DNA of 64,000 nucleotides from contig CAVOVY010000001.1 of the NCBI GenBank assembly GCA_963699975.1, forward strand, positions 1,070,184 through 1,134,183, given 5' to 3'. This document shows, piece by piece, positions 51,075 to 60,357 of this stretch (its first letter is position 1; the number at the start of each line of letters is the position of its first letter). The notes below the pieces were generated by a model, which made no database searches, was not told where the DNA came from, and worked only from the letters and a program-made list of their open reading frames with translations. The position numbers and the translations under genes were made by a program. Source of the DNA: an uncultured Gammaproteobacteria bacterium (GTDB lineage: Bacteria > Pseudomonadota > Gammaproteobacteria > Xanthomonadales > Rhodanobacteraceae).

Positions 51075-51776
51075 ATGAATCGCGTGATCTTGTTTTTCGG
51101 TTTGCTGCTGTCCACCTCATCGTTCGCAACGACGTACACCTACACCGGGCCCACCTACACAGCCGGCGTCTTTACAGGCACAGGCACACCCGCCTATACG
51201 CCCTCGATGCAGCTTTCCGGCTCGATCACGACGGCGAGCCCATTGCCTGCCAACTTGTCCCTGACGGATATCGGTCCGGCCGGCTCCAACTTGATCCAGA
51301 GCTGGAGTTTCAACGATGGCTTGTATACTTATACTCCGGCGACTTCGTCCATGTATCAGAGCTCCTTTGTCGTATCGACGGACAACAACTCCAATATCAT
51401 ACAGTTCATTTTCGAATTCTTTTCACCTGGCCCGCCGAATACGATCGGACAATTGGTCAACGTTTTCAAGGCGGAACTGTCCGGCGGGAACGCTTTCACT
51501 ACTGCGACGTCACAAGCGACCTGTGACGGATTGGACCCAACCAATAACAATGCGTGCGTTGGTATTAATGGCACCCCTGCCAGTCAAATGCTGCTGCAGG
51601 GAGTCGGGACATTCGCGACGGGCGCTGCCCCGCCACCGCCACCCCCGCCGCCGCCACCCACCACACCGGTAGCCGCGCCCGCTCTCTCGGACGCAGCCCT
51701 GATCGGCCTGATCGCATTCTTGCTGGCAGGCGGTCTGCTCGGTTTGGCTGCCCTCCGTCGTCGTCAAGCCGATTAG
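51075..51776 (+). CDS. Secreted protein with poly-Pro linker and IPTL-CTERM-like C-terminal anchor
   Basis: Signal peptide; a run of about 10 Pro; APALSDAAL, TM helix, RRR. Confidence 0.75.
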   Translation: MNRVILFFGLLLSTSSFATTYTYTGPTYTAGVFTGTGTPAYTPSMQLSGSITTASPLPANLSLTDIGPAGSNLIQSWSFNDGLYTYTPATSSMYQSSFVVSTDNNSNIIQFIFEFFSPGPPNTIGQLVNVFKAELSGGNAFTTATSQATCDGLDPTNNNACVGINGTPASQMLLQGVGTFATGAAPPPPPPPPPPTTPVAAPALSDAALIGLIAFLLAGGLLGLAALRRRQAD

Positions 51777-52033
51777 GCCGGCGTCGGCACGCAGACAGTA
51801 CGACTTTCGCGAGATTGCCGGCAATCCGGCATTCTCGCGAAACGAGCGCGTGAAATTTAATGGTTGAGAGGGGCGGCGCTCTAGAAAGCGCACCGCCGAT
51901 GGCCCGGGAAACGCCGTTGCGCTGAATCGGCCAGGCCAACAAAGAGCTGTAGCTCTCGGCTCGTCGGCTACAATGGCGCACAAGCACGCTGGGCGCACCT
52001 CGCGTCCGGGCGGCGTTTTGCTTTTGCGAATCC

Positions 52034-55000
52034 ATGCCCGAATCCTTGCTCATCCATCCGCCGCTGCCGCACGATATCAAGCAGCGCCGCTACTGGAATG
52101 CGCCGCACGGCAGCGCGCTCGCGCTGGCGATCGCCGCGGCCGCGCGCGCGCATGCGGGCGTGGTCGTCGCGGTGACGCGCGACACACACGCGGCGCACAC
52201 GCTGGAAACGGATCTGCGCGCATTCACCGATGCGCATTCTGCGGCGAGCGATATCGACGTGCTGCATTTCCCCGATTGGGAAACCCTGCCCTACGATCTG
52301 TTTCCACCGCATCCGGAAATCGTCTCGCAACGCATTGCCGCGCTGTATCGCCTGCCGACGACGCGCCGCGGCGTGCTCGTGGTGCCCGCCTCGACCCTGA
52401 TGCAGCGGCTCGGCGCCGCGCAGTTTCATCGGCGGATCGAGTCTGCTGCTCGCGCTCCGGCAGACGCTCGATCTGGGCAGCGAGCAGCGCCGCCTCGAAG
52501 CCGCCGGCTACCGCAATGTGCCGCAAGTGCTCGAACCCGGCGATTTCGCCGTGCGCGGCGCCCTGCTCGACATTTTTCCGATGGGCAGCGCCGAACCCTA
52601 TCGCATCGAGCTGTTCGATCGCGAAATCGATTCGATCCGCACCTTCGATCCGGAAACGCAGCGCTCGGCGCACAAAGTGGAAAAAGTCAAGTTGTTGCCC
52701 GCGCGCGAATTTCCGCTGACCGAGGAATCGGTGAAGGCGTTCCGCAACACGCTGCGCGAACGCTTCCCGATCGATCCGCGCCGCTGTCCGATTTATCAGG
52801 ACATCAAGGAAGGCACGACGCCGGCCGGCATCGAATACTACCTGCCATTGTTTTTCGAGCGCACCGAAACGCTGTTCGATTATCTGGGCGCGGAATCCGT
52901 GTTCGTCCTCGCCGACGACGCGCTCGATGCGGCCGAAACTTTCTGGCAACAGGCGCAGACGCGCTACGACAGCCGCGCACACGATATCGAACGGCCGATC
53001 CTGCCGGTGGCTGAGCTGTACCTGTCGCCGCAGGATCTGCGCGAACACTTGAACCGCACACTGCGTGTGGAAATTGTCGCAAAGGGTACAAATACACACG
53101 CCATCGATCTCGGCACGCAACCGGCGCCGAGCGTGCCGCTCAATCAGCGCGGCGAAGAACCGGCGCAGGAACTGAAACGTTTTCTCGATGCGTATCCGGG
53201 CCGCGTGCTGATCGCCGCGGATTCGGCCGGGCGGCGCGAGGCGCTGGTCGAGCAGCTTGCGGCTGCGGATTTGCGGCCGCAGACCATCGCCTCATGGCGC
53301 GACTTTATGCTTCCCTTCTCCCGCCGGGAGAAGGTGTCCGAAGGACGGATGAGGGAACAGCCTCAGCCTCCAACCGACCTTCACGATAGGGATGACCGCC
53401 CCCTCTCCCCAACCCCTCCCCCGCGAGGGGGAGGGGCTTAAGAATATCGCCAACGTCGATAACCTTGACGAATGACCAGTTCACCTCTCCCCTTGCGGGA
53501 GAGGTCGGCGCGCGCAGCGCGACGGGAGAGGGGGCGCCCCGCTTCGCCATCACCGTCGCCGCGCTCGACGACGGCTTCGCGCTGAGCGAACCCGCGCTCA
53601 CCGTCCTCACCGACCGCCAACTCTATGGCGAGCGCGCTCGGCAGACGCGGCGGCGCAAGCATGCGATTCGCGAACCCGAGGCGATCCTGCGCGATCTGTC
53701 GGAACTGGCGATCGGCGCGCCGATCGTGCATGCCGATCACGGCGTCGGCCGCTATCAGGGGCTGCTCAAGCTCGACGTCGGTGGCCGCCTGCGGGGTGGC
53801 GACGAGCCCGGCGAGTTTCTTTGTATCGAATACGCAAAAGGCGACAAGTTATACGTGCCCGTCGCGCAGCTGCATCTGGTCTCGCGTTACTCCGGCGCCG
53901 CGCCGGAACTGGCGCCGCTGCACGCGCTCGGCGGCGACGCCTGGGAGCGCGCCAAGCGCAAGGCCGCGCAGAAGGTGCGCGACGTCGCCGCCGAACTGCT
54001 CGGCGCTGTACGCCCAGCGCGAAGCGCGCCAGGGCCACGCGTTCACCTACGACCGCACGCTGTACGAGCAGTTCGCCGCATCGTTTCCGTTCGAGGAAAC
54101 ACCGGACCAGTTGCAGGCGATCGAAGCGGTGATCGCCGATCTGGCGTCGGGCAAGGCGATGGATCGCGTGGTCTGCGGCGATGTCGGTTTCGGCAAAACC
54201 GAAGTCGCGCTGCGCGCGGCCTTCGTCGCCGCGATCGCCGGCAAGCAGGTCGCCCTGCTGGTGCCGACCACCCTGCTCGCGCAGCAGCACTACCAGAATT
54301 TCCGCGACCGTTTCGCCGACTGGCCGGTGCGCGTCGAAGTCATTTCGCGCTTCAAGTCGAAGAAGGAAATCGACGCGGCGCTGGTCCAACTGCGCGACGG
54401 CCGCATCGACGTGATGATCGGCACGCATCGCCTGCTGCAGGCCGACATCAAGTTCAAGGACCTCGGCCTCGTCATCGTCGACGAGGAGCAGCGCTTCGGC
54501 GTGCGCCAGAAGGAGGCGCTGAAGAAGCTGCGCGCCGAAGTCGACCTGCTCACGCTGACCGCGACGCCGATTCCGCGCACGCTGAACATGGCGATGTCCG
54601 GCCTGCGCGACCTGTCGATCATCGCCACGCCGCCGTCGCATCGCCTCGCCGTGAAGACCTTCGTCGCGCCCTACGACGCGGCGCTGGTGCGCGAGGCGTT
54701 CCAGCGCGAACTCGGCGCGCGGCGGACAGGTATACTTCCTGCACAACGAGGTCGAAACGATCGAACAAGACCGCGCGCGAACTTGAGCGAACTGATTCCC
54801 GACGCGCGCCTGCGCATCGCCCACGGCCAGATGCCCGAGCGCGAACTCGAACAGGTGATGCTCGATTTCTACCGCCAGCGCTTCAACGTGCTGGTGTGCA
54901 CGACGATCATCGAATCGGGCATCGACGTGCCGAGCGCGAACACCATCCTGATCAATCGCGCCGATCGTTTCGGCCTCGCCCAGCTGCACCAGTTGCGCGG

Positions 55001-55746
55001 CCGCGTCGGACGCTCGCACCATCGCGCCTACGCCTACCTGATCGTGCCCGACCGGCGCTCGATCAGCGCGGACGCGGAGAAGCGTCTCGAAGCGATCGCC
55101 TCGCTCGAAGAACTCGGCGCCGGCTTCACCCTGGCCACGCACGATCTGGAAATCCGCGGCGCCGGCGAACTGCTCGGCGAGGAGCAGAGCGGGCAGATCG
55201 AGGACGTCGGATTCTCGCTGTACACCGAACTGCTCGAACGCGCCGTGCGCGCGCTGAAGAGCGGCAAGGTGCCGGACTTCGATCTGGTCAACGAGCACGA
55301 CGCCGAAGTCGAACTGCATATTCCCGCGCTGATTCCCGACGACTATCTGCCCGACGTGCACGCGCGCCTGACCCTGTACAAGCGCATCGCCAGCGCGCGC
55401 GACGCGGACGCACTGCGCGAGTTGCAGGTCGAGATGATCGACCGTTTCGGCTTGCTGCCGGATCCGGTCAAGAACCTGTTCGCCGTCGCCGGCGCTCAAG
55501 CTCGCCGCCACCGCGATCGGCATCCGCAAACTCGAACTCGGCGAAAAAGGCGGACGCATGCTGTTCAAGCCGCAGCCGAACATCGACCCGCTGCGCGTGA
55601 TCAAGCTGATCCAGACCCAGCCAAAAGTATACTCGCTCGACGGCCAGGACAAACTCAAGATCCGCATGGAGCTGCCCGGCGCGGCCGAACGCATCGGCGC
55701 GGCGCAGACGTTGCTCACGGCGCTCGGCGGACACATCGCCGAATAG
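52034..55746 (+). CDS. mfd: Transcription-repair coupling factor (frameshifted, with a REP-derived insertion)
   Basis: FPDWETLPYD, AVRGALLDIFP, HGVGRYQG, CGDVGFGKTEVA, DEEQRFG, QLRGRVGRS, TRCF domain. Confidence 0.97.
53313..53537. repeat. Three REP palindromes inside mfd
   Basis: CCCTTCTCCCGCCGGGAGAAGG..., CCCCTCCCCCGCGAGGGGGAGGGG and CCTCTCCCCTTGCGGGAGAGG... lie between ASWRDF and PRFAITV. Confidence 0.85.
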
Positions 55747-55773
55747 TTGCTGCGAACGCTTCGCGCGCCCCTG

Positions 55774-56079
55774 TCAGGGATCGAGCGAATCGATCATTTC
55801 GCGGCGCAGAATGGCGTTGATACGCGATTGATAGCCCCTGCCCTGCGACTTGAGCCAGGCCAGTACATCCGCATCCACGCGCGCGGTGATTTGCTGCTTC
55901 AGCGGCTTGTAGAAACGTCCACGCACTCCGTGCCGCCATTGCGCCGCGGTCAGCGCAGGAATATCGCTATAGTCAATCTCGCCGTCCGGCCGCGCGGCCA
56001 GCGCATTGAGCCGGGCGCGTCGCGCCGGCGTCAGCGGCGGCAACGTGTCGAGAGTATGGCTAATCGCTTTCTTCTTCAT
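55774..56079 (-). CDS. brnA: BrnA antitoxin
   Basis: IDYSDIP...KQQITARVDADVLAWLKSQGRGYQSRINAILR. Confidence 0.92.
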   Translation of the reverse strand: MKKKAISHTLDTLPPLTPARRARLNALAARPDGEIDYSDIPALTAAQWRHGVRGRFYKPLKQQITARVDADVLAWLKSQGRGYQSRINAILRREMIDSLDP

Positions 56080-56365
56080 AACGCCGCCTTTCGGTTCGAT
56101 CGGCACGCCGGGCCGAAATGATACGAATGATTTCCGCGCCGGGATCGGCGCTTTCGATCCTCACGGTATGCACTACAACGAGCAGCAACACGCCTGCAAC
56201 CGCACCGATGGTCTGCCAGCGTTGCTCGCGACCAACGGTCCGCTCCAACACGGATATTTGAAACGGGTCGAGAAAGACCAAACCGGCTTCCTCGAAGCCC
56301 ACGCCATGCTTGCGCCGGTTGGAGCGGTTTTTCGCCGCGTCCCATTCAAATTTTATGAATGTCAT
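56060..56365 (-). CDS. brnT: BrnT ribonuclease toxin
   Basis: FEWDAAKNRSNRRKHGVGF...IRIISARRA. Confidence 0.93.
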   Translation of the reverse strand: MTFIKFEWDAAKNRSNRRKHGVGFEEAGLVFLDPFQISVLERTVGREQRWQTIGAVAGVLLLVVVHTVRIESADPGAEIIRIISARRADRTERRRYEEESD

Positions 56366-56367
56366 AA

Positions 56368-56395
56368 TTGTAACTACATTTTTGTTGTTATACAA
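56368..56395. promoter_or_regulatory. Putative brnTA autoregulatory operator
   Basis: AT-rich imperfect inverted repeat TTGTAACTACA-TTTT-TGTTGTTATACAA immediately upstream of brnT. Confidence 0.5.
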
Positions 56396-56427
56396 GCATC
56401 AAATTTCGCCGGTTGCAGCGTCGCGCA

Positions 56428-57441
56428 TCAGTTCGCCCGATCGAGCGGACTCATCACGCCGTGGCCGCCGCGATTGAGCACGTGCGTATAGATCTGCGTC
56501 GTCGCGACGTCCTTGTGACCAAGCAGTTCCTGCACCGTGCGGATGTCGTAGCCGGCCTCGATCAGATGCGTCGCGAACGAATGGCGCAAGGTGTGCGCGC
56601 TAAGCGGTTTGACGATGCCCGCCGCGTCGCGTGCGCGCTTGAGCGCCCGCGTCAGCAACGCATCGTCGACGTGATGGCGGCGGACCGAACCGCTGCGCGG
56701 ATCGCGCGAGCGCCGCGCCGAGGCAAACACATACTGCCAGCCGAATTCGCGCGCGGCCTTCGGATACTTGCGCGCCAGCGCATGCGGCAACCAGGTTTCG
56801 CCGAAGCCCGCAGCCAGATCGCGCTCGTGCTGCAGGCGCGTACGCTCGACCTCGCGCCGCAGCGGCTCCAGCAACATGCGCGGCAGCACCGTATGCCGGT
56901 CCTTGCCGCCCTTGCCGTCGCGCACCACGATCTCGTTGCGCGCAAAGTCGACGTCCTTCACGCGCAGGCGCAGGCACTCCATCAGGCGCATGCCGGTGCC
57001 GTACAGCAAGCTGGCAAGCAACCAGGCGCGTCCGTCCATCGCCGCGAGCAGCCGCCGCGTTTCATCGGTCGACAGCACCGTGGGCACACGGCGCGGCCGC
57101 TTGGCGCGGACCACGTTTTCCATCCACGGCAAGTCGATGCCAAGCACCTCGCGATACAGGAACAGCAGCGCCGAGAGCGCCTGGTTCTGCGTGCCTGCCG
57201 CAACGTCGCCATCGGTTGCAAGCGTACTCAGGAAGCACTCCACCTCCTGCTCGCCCATCTGACGCGGATGGCGCTTGCCGTTGGCCAATATGAACCGACG
57301 TATCCATCCGCTATACGCCTGCTCGGTGCGCAAACTGTAGTGACGCACGCGCAACTTGCGCCGGACTTCGTTCATCAAGCGCGGTTCGCGCGACGGTAGC
57401 TCACTCGCTGTTACGCCCGCATTTTCATGCCTGTAATTCAT
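56428..57441 (-). CDS. intI: Integron integrase
   Basis: YGTGMR, GKGGKDR, integron-specific insertion [10 protein letters not shown]...[19 protein letters not shown]...TTQIYTH. Confidence 0.97.
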   Translation of the reverse strand: MNYRHENAGVTASELPSREPRLMNEVRRKLRVRHYSLRTEQAYSGWIRRFILANGKRHPRQMGEQEVECFLSTLATDGDVAAGTQNQALSALLFLYREVLGIDLPWMENVVRAKRPRRVPTVLSTDETRRLLAAMDGRAWLLASLLYGTGMRLMECLRLRVKDVDFARNEIVVRDGKGGKDRHTVLPRMLLEPLRREVERTRLQHERDLAAGFGETWLPHALARKYPKAAREFGWQYVFASARRSRDPRSGSVRRHHVDDALLTRALKRARDAAGIVKPLSAHTLRHSFATHLIEAGYDIRTVQELLGHKDVATTQIYTHVLNRGGHGVMSPLDRAN

Positions 57442-57534
57442 ACGCCTTCGCTCCCGGGATGTTGCACGGAAGCATGCAACGCGAGTGACCCTGCGGCTAT
57501 CAGGCAAACCTGTGTTTTTGTGTAGGAAAACCGC

Positions 57535-57563
57535 TTGACGTCAACGCGGCGGAGTCTGAACAT
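57535..57563 (+). promoter_or_regulatory. Candidate cassette promoter Pc (weak -10)
   Basis: TTGACG -35 within palindrome TTGACGTCAA; poor -10 (GAACAT) at 17-nt spacing; points toward attI. Confidence 0.3.
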
Positions 57564-57574
57564 ACCGTGCAACA

Positions 57575-57605
57575 CCCCGTTTTTGGGGTCTATTTGTAGT
57601 TAGGC
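57575..57605 (+). other. attI site (core GTTAGGC at 57599-57605)
   Basis: GTTRRRY core upstream of intI, at the shift to lower GC and the start of the cassette array. Confidence 0.7.
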
Positions 57606-57948
57606 TGCATCTGTGGCAAGGGCCGAGAAAGTGTGTACTTTTTCCTACAAGGCGGCGCTGAGATTTCCGCTTTTCGAGTGTCAAAATCCATGCTACAAAG
57701 CGTCACTGCAAGAGTGAAGCGCATAACTCGAAGCAGTTGATGCACTTCACTCTTGCAGTGACGCTTTCTACGTGGCCAAAAACTTTCCTTTCGTTCTTCC
57801 GAAACGCTTACCAACCTCGTTAGGTCGAAGCTACCAAATCATCACGTCGATGTGCAGATCCACCCTAACCACTCGTTCAACCGGACGCCATAGTGTTGTT
57901 CATTCGGTTTCCTGCTGTCTCGCCAGCGGCGCCGGTTAACTCGGAACG
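57600..57948 (+). mobile_element. Integron cassette 1: ORF-less, with a long hairpin
   Basis: No credible ORF; perfect 23-bp inverted repeat spanning 57697-57767. Confidence 0.75.
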
Positions 57949-57954
57949 TTAGGC
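57863..57954 (+). other. attC1 (intact, 92 bp)
   Basis: CCCTAAC-CACTC-GTTCAACCGGACGCC...GGCGCCGGTTAAC-TCGGAAC-GTTAGGC. Confidence 0.92.
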
Positions 57955-57959
57955 ATCAC

Positions 57960-58236
57960 GTGAAGCTCTTGGATATTGTTAGTCAGCTCGCCCGAGCTGG
58001 ATCGAGAACAGGTCATCTATGCCGTCGCGCCGTGGAGCGAATCATCTGAGGCGGCGCTAGCTCCCGAACCAGAGGACCGCCTCGTGCCAGAGCACCTTTC
58101 CGCTGCGGGCTTCACCTACTTCCTTGAAGTGTTTATCGCTCAAGACTTCATCTCAGACCTATCGCATTCCCATTCTCCATCAATTCCCGCGCAACTTTGC
58201 CAGCGGCTCATTCAGTATGCCGAGCGTGATGCCTAA
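57960..58236 (+). CDS. Cassette 2 hypothetical protein (~91 aa; probable indel near 5' end)
   Basis: GTG just after attC1; YFLEV...RLIQYAERDA; stop lies within GCCTAAC of attC2. Confidence 0.75.
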
Positions 58237-58361
58237 CTATTCCGTAAGAGACTTCCCGTCAACCCCGGCAAATTGATGCTGTCGATGCGGCGCTAGCCGT
58301 ATCGTTGCTTTTGTTGCGTTGTACACATTTACCTTTCTGCTTCAAGCCAACGGCAACGGGT

Positions 58362-58533
58362 GCCAGACTGCATTTCCGTAATCGGCCTTGTGGGGCGGCG
58401 TTTTGCCCGGACCGCTGTATAAACCGCACCTGCGCGCCTCTCTCGTTCACTGGTTATGCCCGCGCCCGGAGATCAGCCGGAGCGCGTGGTGGCATCCGTA
58501 TAGTTAGTCAGGCTCTGCGCAGGTCGGTCTGAC
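58362..58533 (-). ncRNA. Predicted bridge/seek RNA of the IS1111-type element
   Basis: Stems GTCAGAC/GTCTGGC, ACCTGCGC/GCGCAGGT, ATGCC/GGCAT and CGGTC/GGCCG; loop segments match attC and the donor junction. Confidence 0.8.
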
Positions 58534-58616
58534 CTGTTGGTTACCGTTGTAGCTCTGGCGTAAAGGTGAAACGGTTGTTGCGTCAATCGTCTTTCGTAAA
58601 TGGGTCTATGCCCGGG

Positions 58617-59699
58617 TCATGCGGCTGCCCGCGTGGTCTTGTTTCGTTGCGTCATCGGATGCCTGATCCACGCGTGCGCATCGTAGGCCTCACCCCGCGC
58701 GAGCATGGCCCACAGCTGCCGCGCATGTTTGTTGGCCACGGCTACCAGTACACGGCCAAAGGACATGCGCGTGGCCAGTTGCTGAATCCAGATCTGTTCG
58801 GGCGTGGCTTTGTCCAACGTCACCCGGCGCGCCTGGTTCACGCTGCTGCGCGCGCCCTGGATGAGCAGGGTGCGTAAATAGCTGTCGCCGCTACGGCTGA
58901 TGCGCCCGAGTTTTTCATGACCACCGCTGGAGGTCTGCTTGGGCACCAGGCCCAGCCATGCCGACATCTGCCGGCCGTGCTTGAAATCCCGTGCGTCGTT
59001 GACCGTGGCCACGGTGGCATCGGCCGTGAGAGAACCCACACCCACCAGTTCCTGCAGGCGTACGCAGCGTTCGTCGCTATGGGCGTGCGCCGTGATGCGT
59101 CGGTCACACTCGCGCAGCCGTTCCTGCACCCGTTTGCAATGATCACTTACGTTGCCAATCAGTTCGATGAACTCCGCCGGCAGATCCCCACGCTCCGCCA
59201 GATCGGCCAACGCACGGCGCAATGCCGCAGGGGATTGCGCAATGACGATGCCGAACTCGGCCAGCAGACCGCGCAGGCGATTCATGACCGCCAGGCGTTC
59301 GGTCTTGTAGCCTTCGCGCACCCGGTGCCAGGCCAGACGTGCTTGCTGTTCGACCGTCTTGACCGGCACAAAGCGCATGTTGCCCTGGCGTGCGGCGGTG
59401 GCGATCGCCTCGGCATCGTTGCGATCGTTCTTCGCGCTACGGCTCTTGCGAAACGGCGTCACGAACTGCGCGGCCATCAGGCGCGGCCGCAATCCGTGCT
59501 CAACGCACAACCGTCCCCAGTCGTGCGCACCGCTGCACGCCTCCATCGCCACGATCGTGCCGGCAGGCAACTGCACCAGCCACGCCGCCAATGCCTCGCG
59601 GCGTAGCTGCAAATGCCGCAACACTCGCCCTTGGCCATCCATCACGCACACCGCAAAGATCGTCTTTGCCAGATCCACACCCACGGTTGTAGTATTCAT
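58617..59699 (-). CDS. IS110-family recombinase/transposase
   Basis: DEDD RuvC-like motifs GVDLAK, MEAC, KNDRND; C-terminal GLVP...SSGG catalytic serine. Confidence 0.96.
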   Translation of the reverse strand: MNTTTVGVDLAKTIFAVCVMDGQGRVLRHLQLRREALAAWLVQLPAGTIVAMEACSGAHDWGRLCVEHGLRPRLMAAQFVTPFRKSRSAKNDRNDAEAIATAARQGNMRFVPVKTVEQQARLAWHRVREGYKTERLAVMNRLRGLLAEFGIVIAQSPAALRRALADLAERGDLPAEFIELIGNVSDHCKRVQERLRECDRRITAHAHSDERCVRLQELVGVGSLTADATVATVNDARDFKHGRQMSAWLGLVPKQTSSGGHEKLGRISRSGDSYLRTLLIQGARSSVNQARRVTLDKATPEQIWIQQLATRMSFGRVLVAVANKHARQLWAMLARGEAYDAHAWIRHPMTQRNKTTRAAA

Positions 59700-59893
59700 T
59701 TGCAGACTTCCCCTCTCAGTTGGATTGTAGATACCAGTCACAATCGTGGCACATTGATGCCGAAACGCTCACGCGGTCTGGGATGGGGAAGTCTCTTTCT
59801 ACTCGGTCAAGCGGACTGCCGATGTCGGTCTGCGCTAAGATCGTGACGTCCGCGGCGGCAGCTGCTTACCTCAAGCGTTAGGGCCCACACCGA

Positions 59894-60295
59894 ATGTTTG
59901 TAGGTGTTCACGATAGTCTTCTCGTTGGGTATTCCGTCAACTCGGAGACGCAAACGCTCGTACTGTCTTTGCAACCGCATCACGGCGCCGCGCCTACGCC
60001 CTTCAATGTTCTCTTTCATGGCGTTGTTGCCCACCACTTTGATGCGCCTCTCTTGCCGGCAATTCTTGCTCAGATCATCCCAGTTTCTGCCGAGTGGCTC
60101 ATCACTGATCAGTGGCAATGCATTGAGCGTGGCTTCAAGGCAGTTGGCTGGCCTGGCCCATGGGCTGACACGCGGGCCAATGCCACTCGCTTTGCGCAAA
60201 CCTCAAACGTACAAGGCTTCCAAATTGAGTCAAGCTATGGATTGTCAGGTTGGGTGCTAGCTCGGTCAGCCGAGGTTCCCGCAAGTGGGCCCTAA
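59894..60295 (+). CDS. Cassette 3 hypothetical protein (133 aa)
   Basis: ORF fills the cassette; stop lies within attC3. Confidence 0.85.
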   Translation: MFVGVHDSLLVGYSVNSETQTLVLSLQPHHGAAPTPFNVLFHGVVAHHFDAPLLPAILAQIIPVSAEWLITDQWQCIERGFKAVGWPGPWADTRANATRFAQTSNVQGFQIESSYGLSGWVLARSAEVPASGP

Positions 60296-60349
60296 CAATT
60301 CAATCAAGCGGACGTGCCTCCGGCACGCCACTTATTTCAAGCGTTAGGG
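60290..60349 (+). other. attC3 (intact, 60 bp)
   Basis: CCCTAAC-AATTC-AATCAAGCGGACGTGCC-TCC-GGCACGCCACTTATT-TCAAGC-GTTAGGG. Confidence 0.93.
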
Positions 60350-60357
60350 TGCTCATC

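Larger units (their letters stand above)
58243..59802 (-). mobile_element. IS110-family (IS1111-type, attC-targeting) element, copy 1, intact
   Basis: Sub-terminal 12-bp IRs AAGAGACTTCCC/GGGAAGTCTCTT; TC core on both sides; long non-coding region downstream of the tnp gene. Confidence 0.95.
58231..59883 (+). other. attC2, interrupted by IS110 copy 1
   Basis: Reconstructs as GCCTAAC-TATTC-GGTCAAGCGGACTGCCG...GGCAGCTGCTTACC-TCAAGC-GTTAGGG. Confidence 0.9.

Noticed and set aside
53766-55736. Long antisense ORFs (also 792-2306, 26189-27496 and others)
   Set aside because: Shadow ORFs typical of high-GC DNA, opposite well-identified genes.
57510-57525. LexA box upstream of intI (CTGTGTTTTTGTGTAG)
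   Set aside because: The right half-site deviates from ACAG, and Xanthomonadales LexA boxes differ from the E. coli type; not supportable.
57590-57814. 74-aa antisense ORF in cassette 1
   Set aside because: It runs through attI and the perfect hairpin, has a non-ATG start and no recognisable motif.
57600-57862. Retron ncRNA call
   Set aside because: No reverse transcriptase in the window and the terminal complementarity is too short; kept only as an analogy.
58259-58532. Small ORFs in the IS110 non-coding region (also 60767-61040)
   Set aside because: They overlap the predicted structured RNA and show no protein features.
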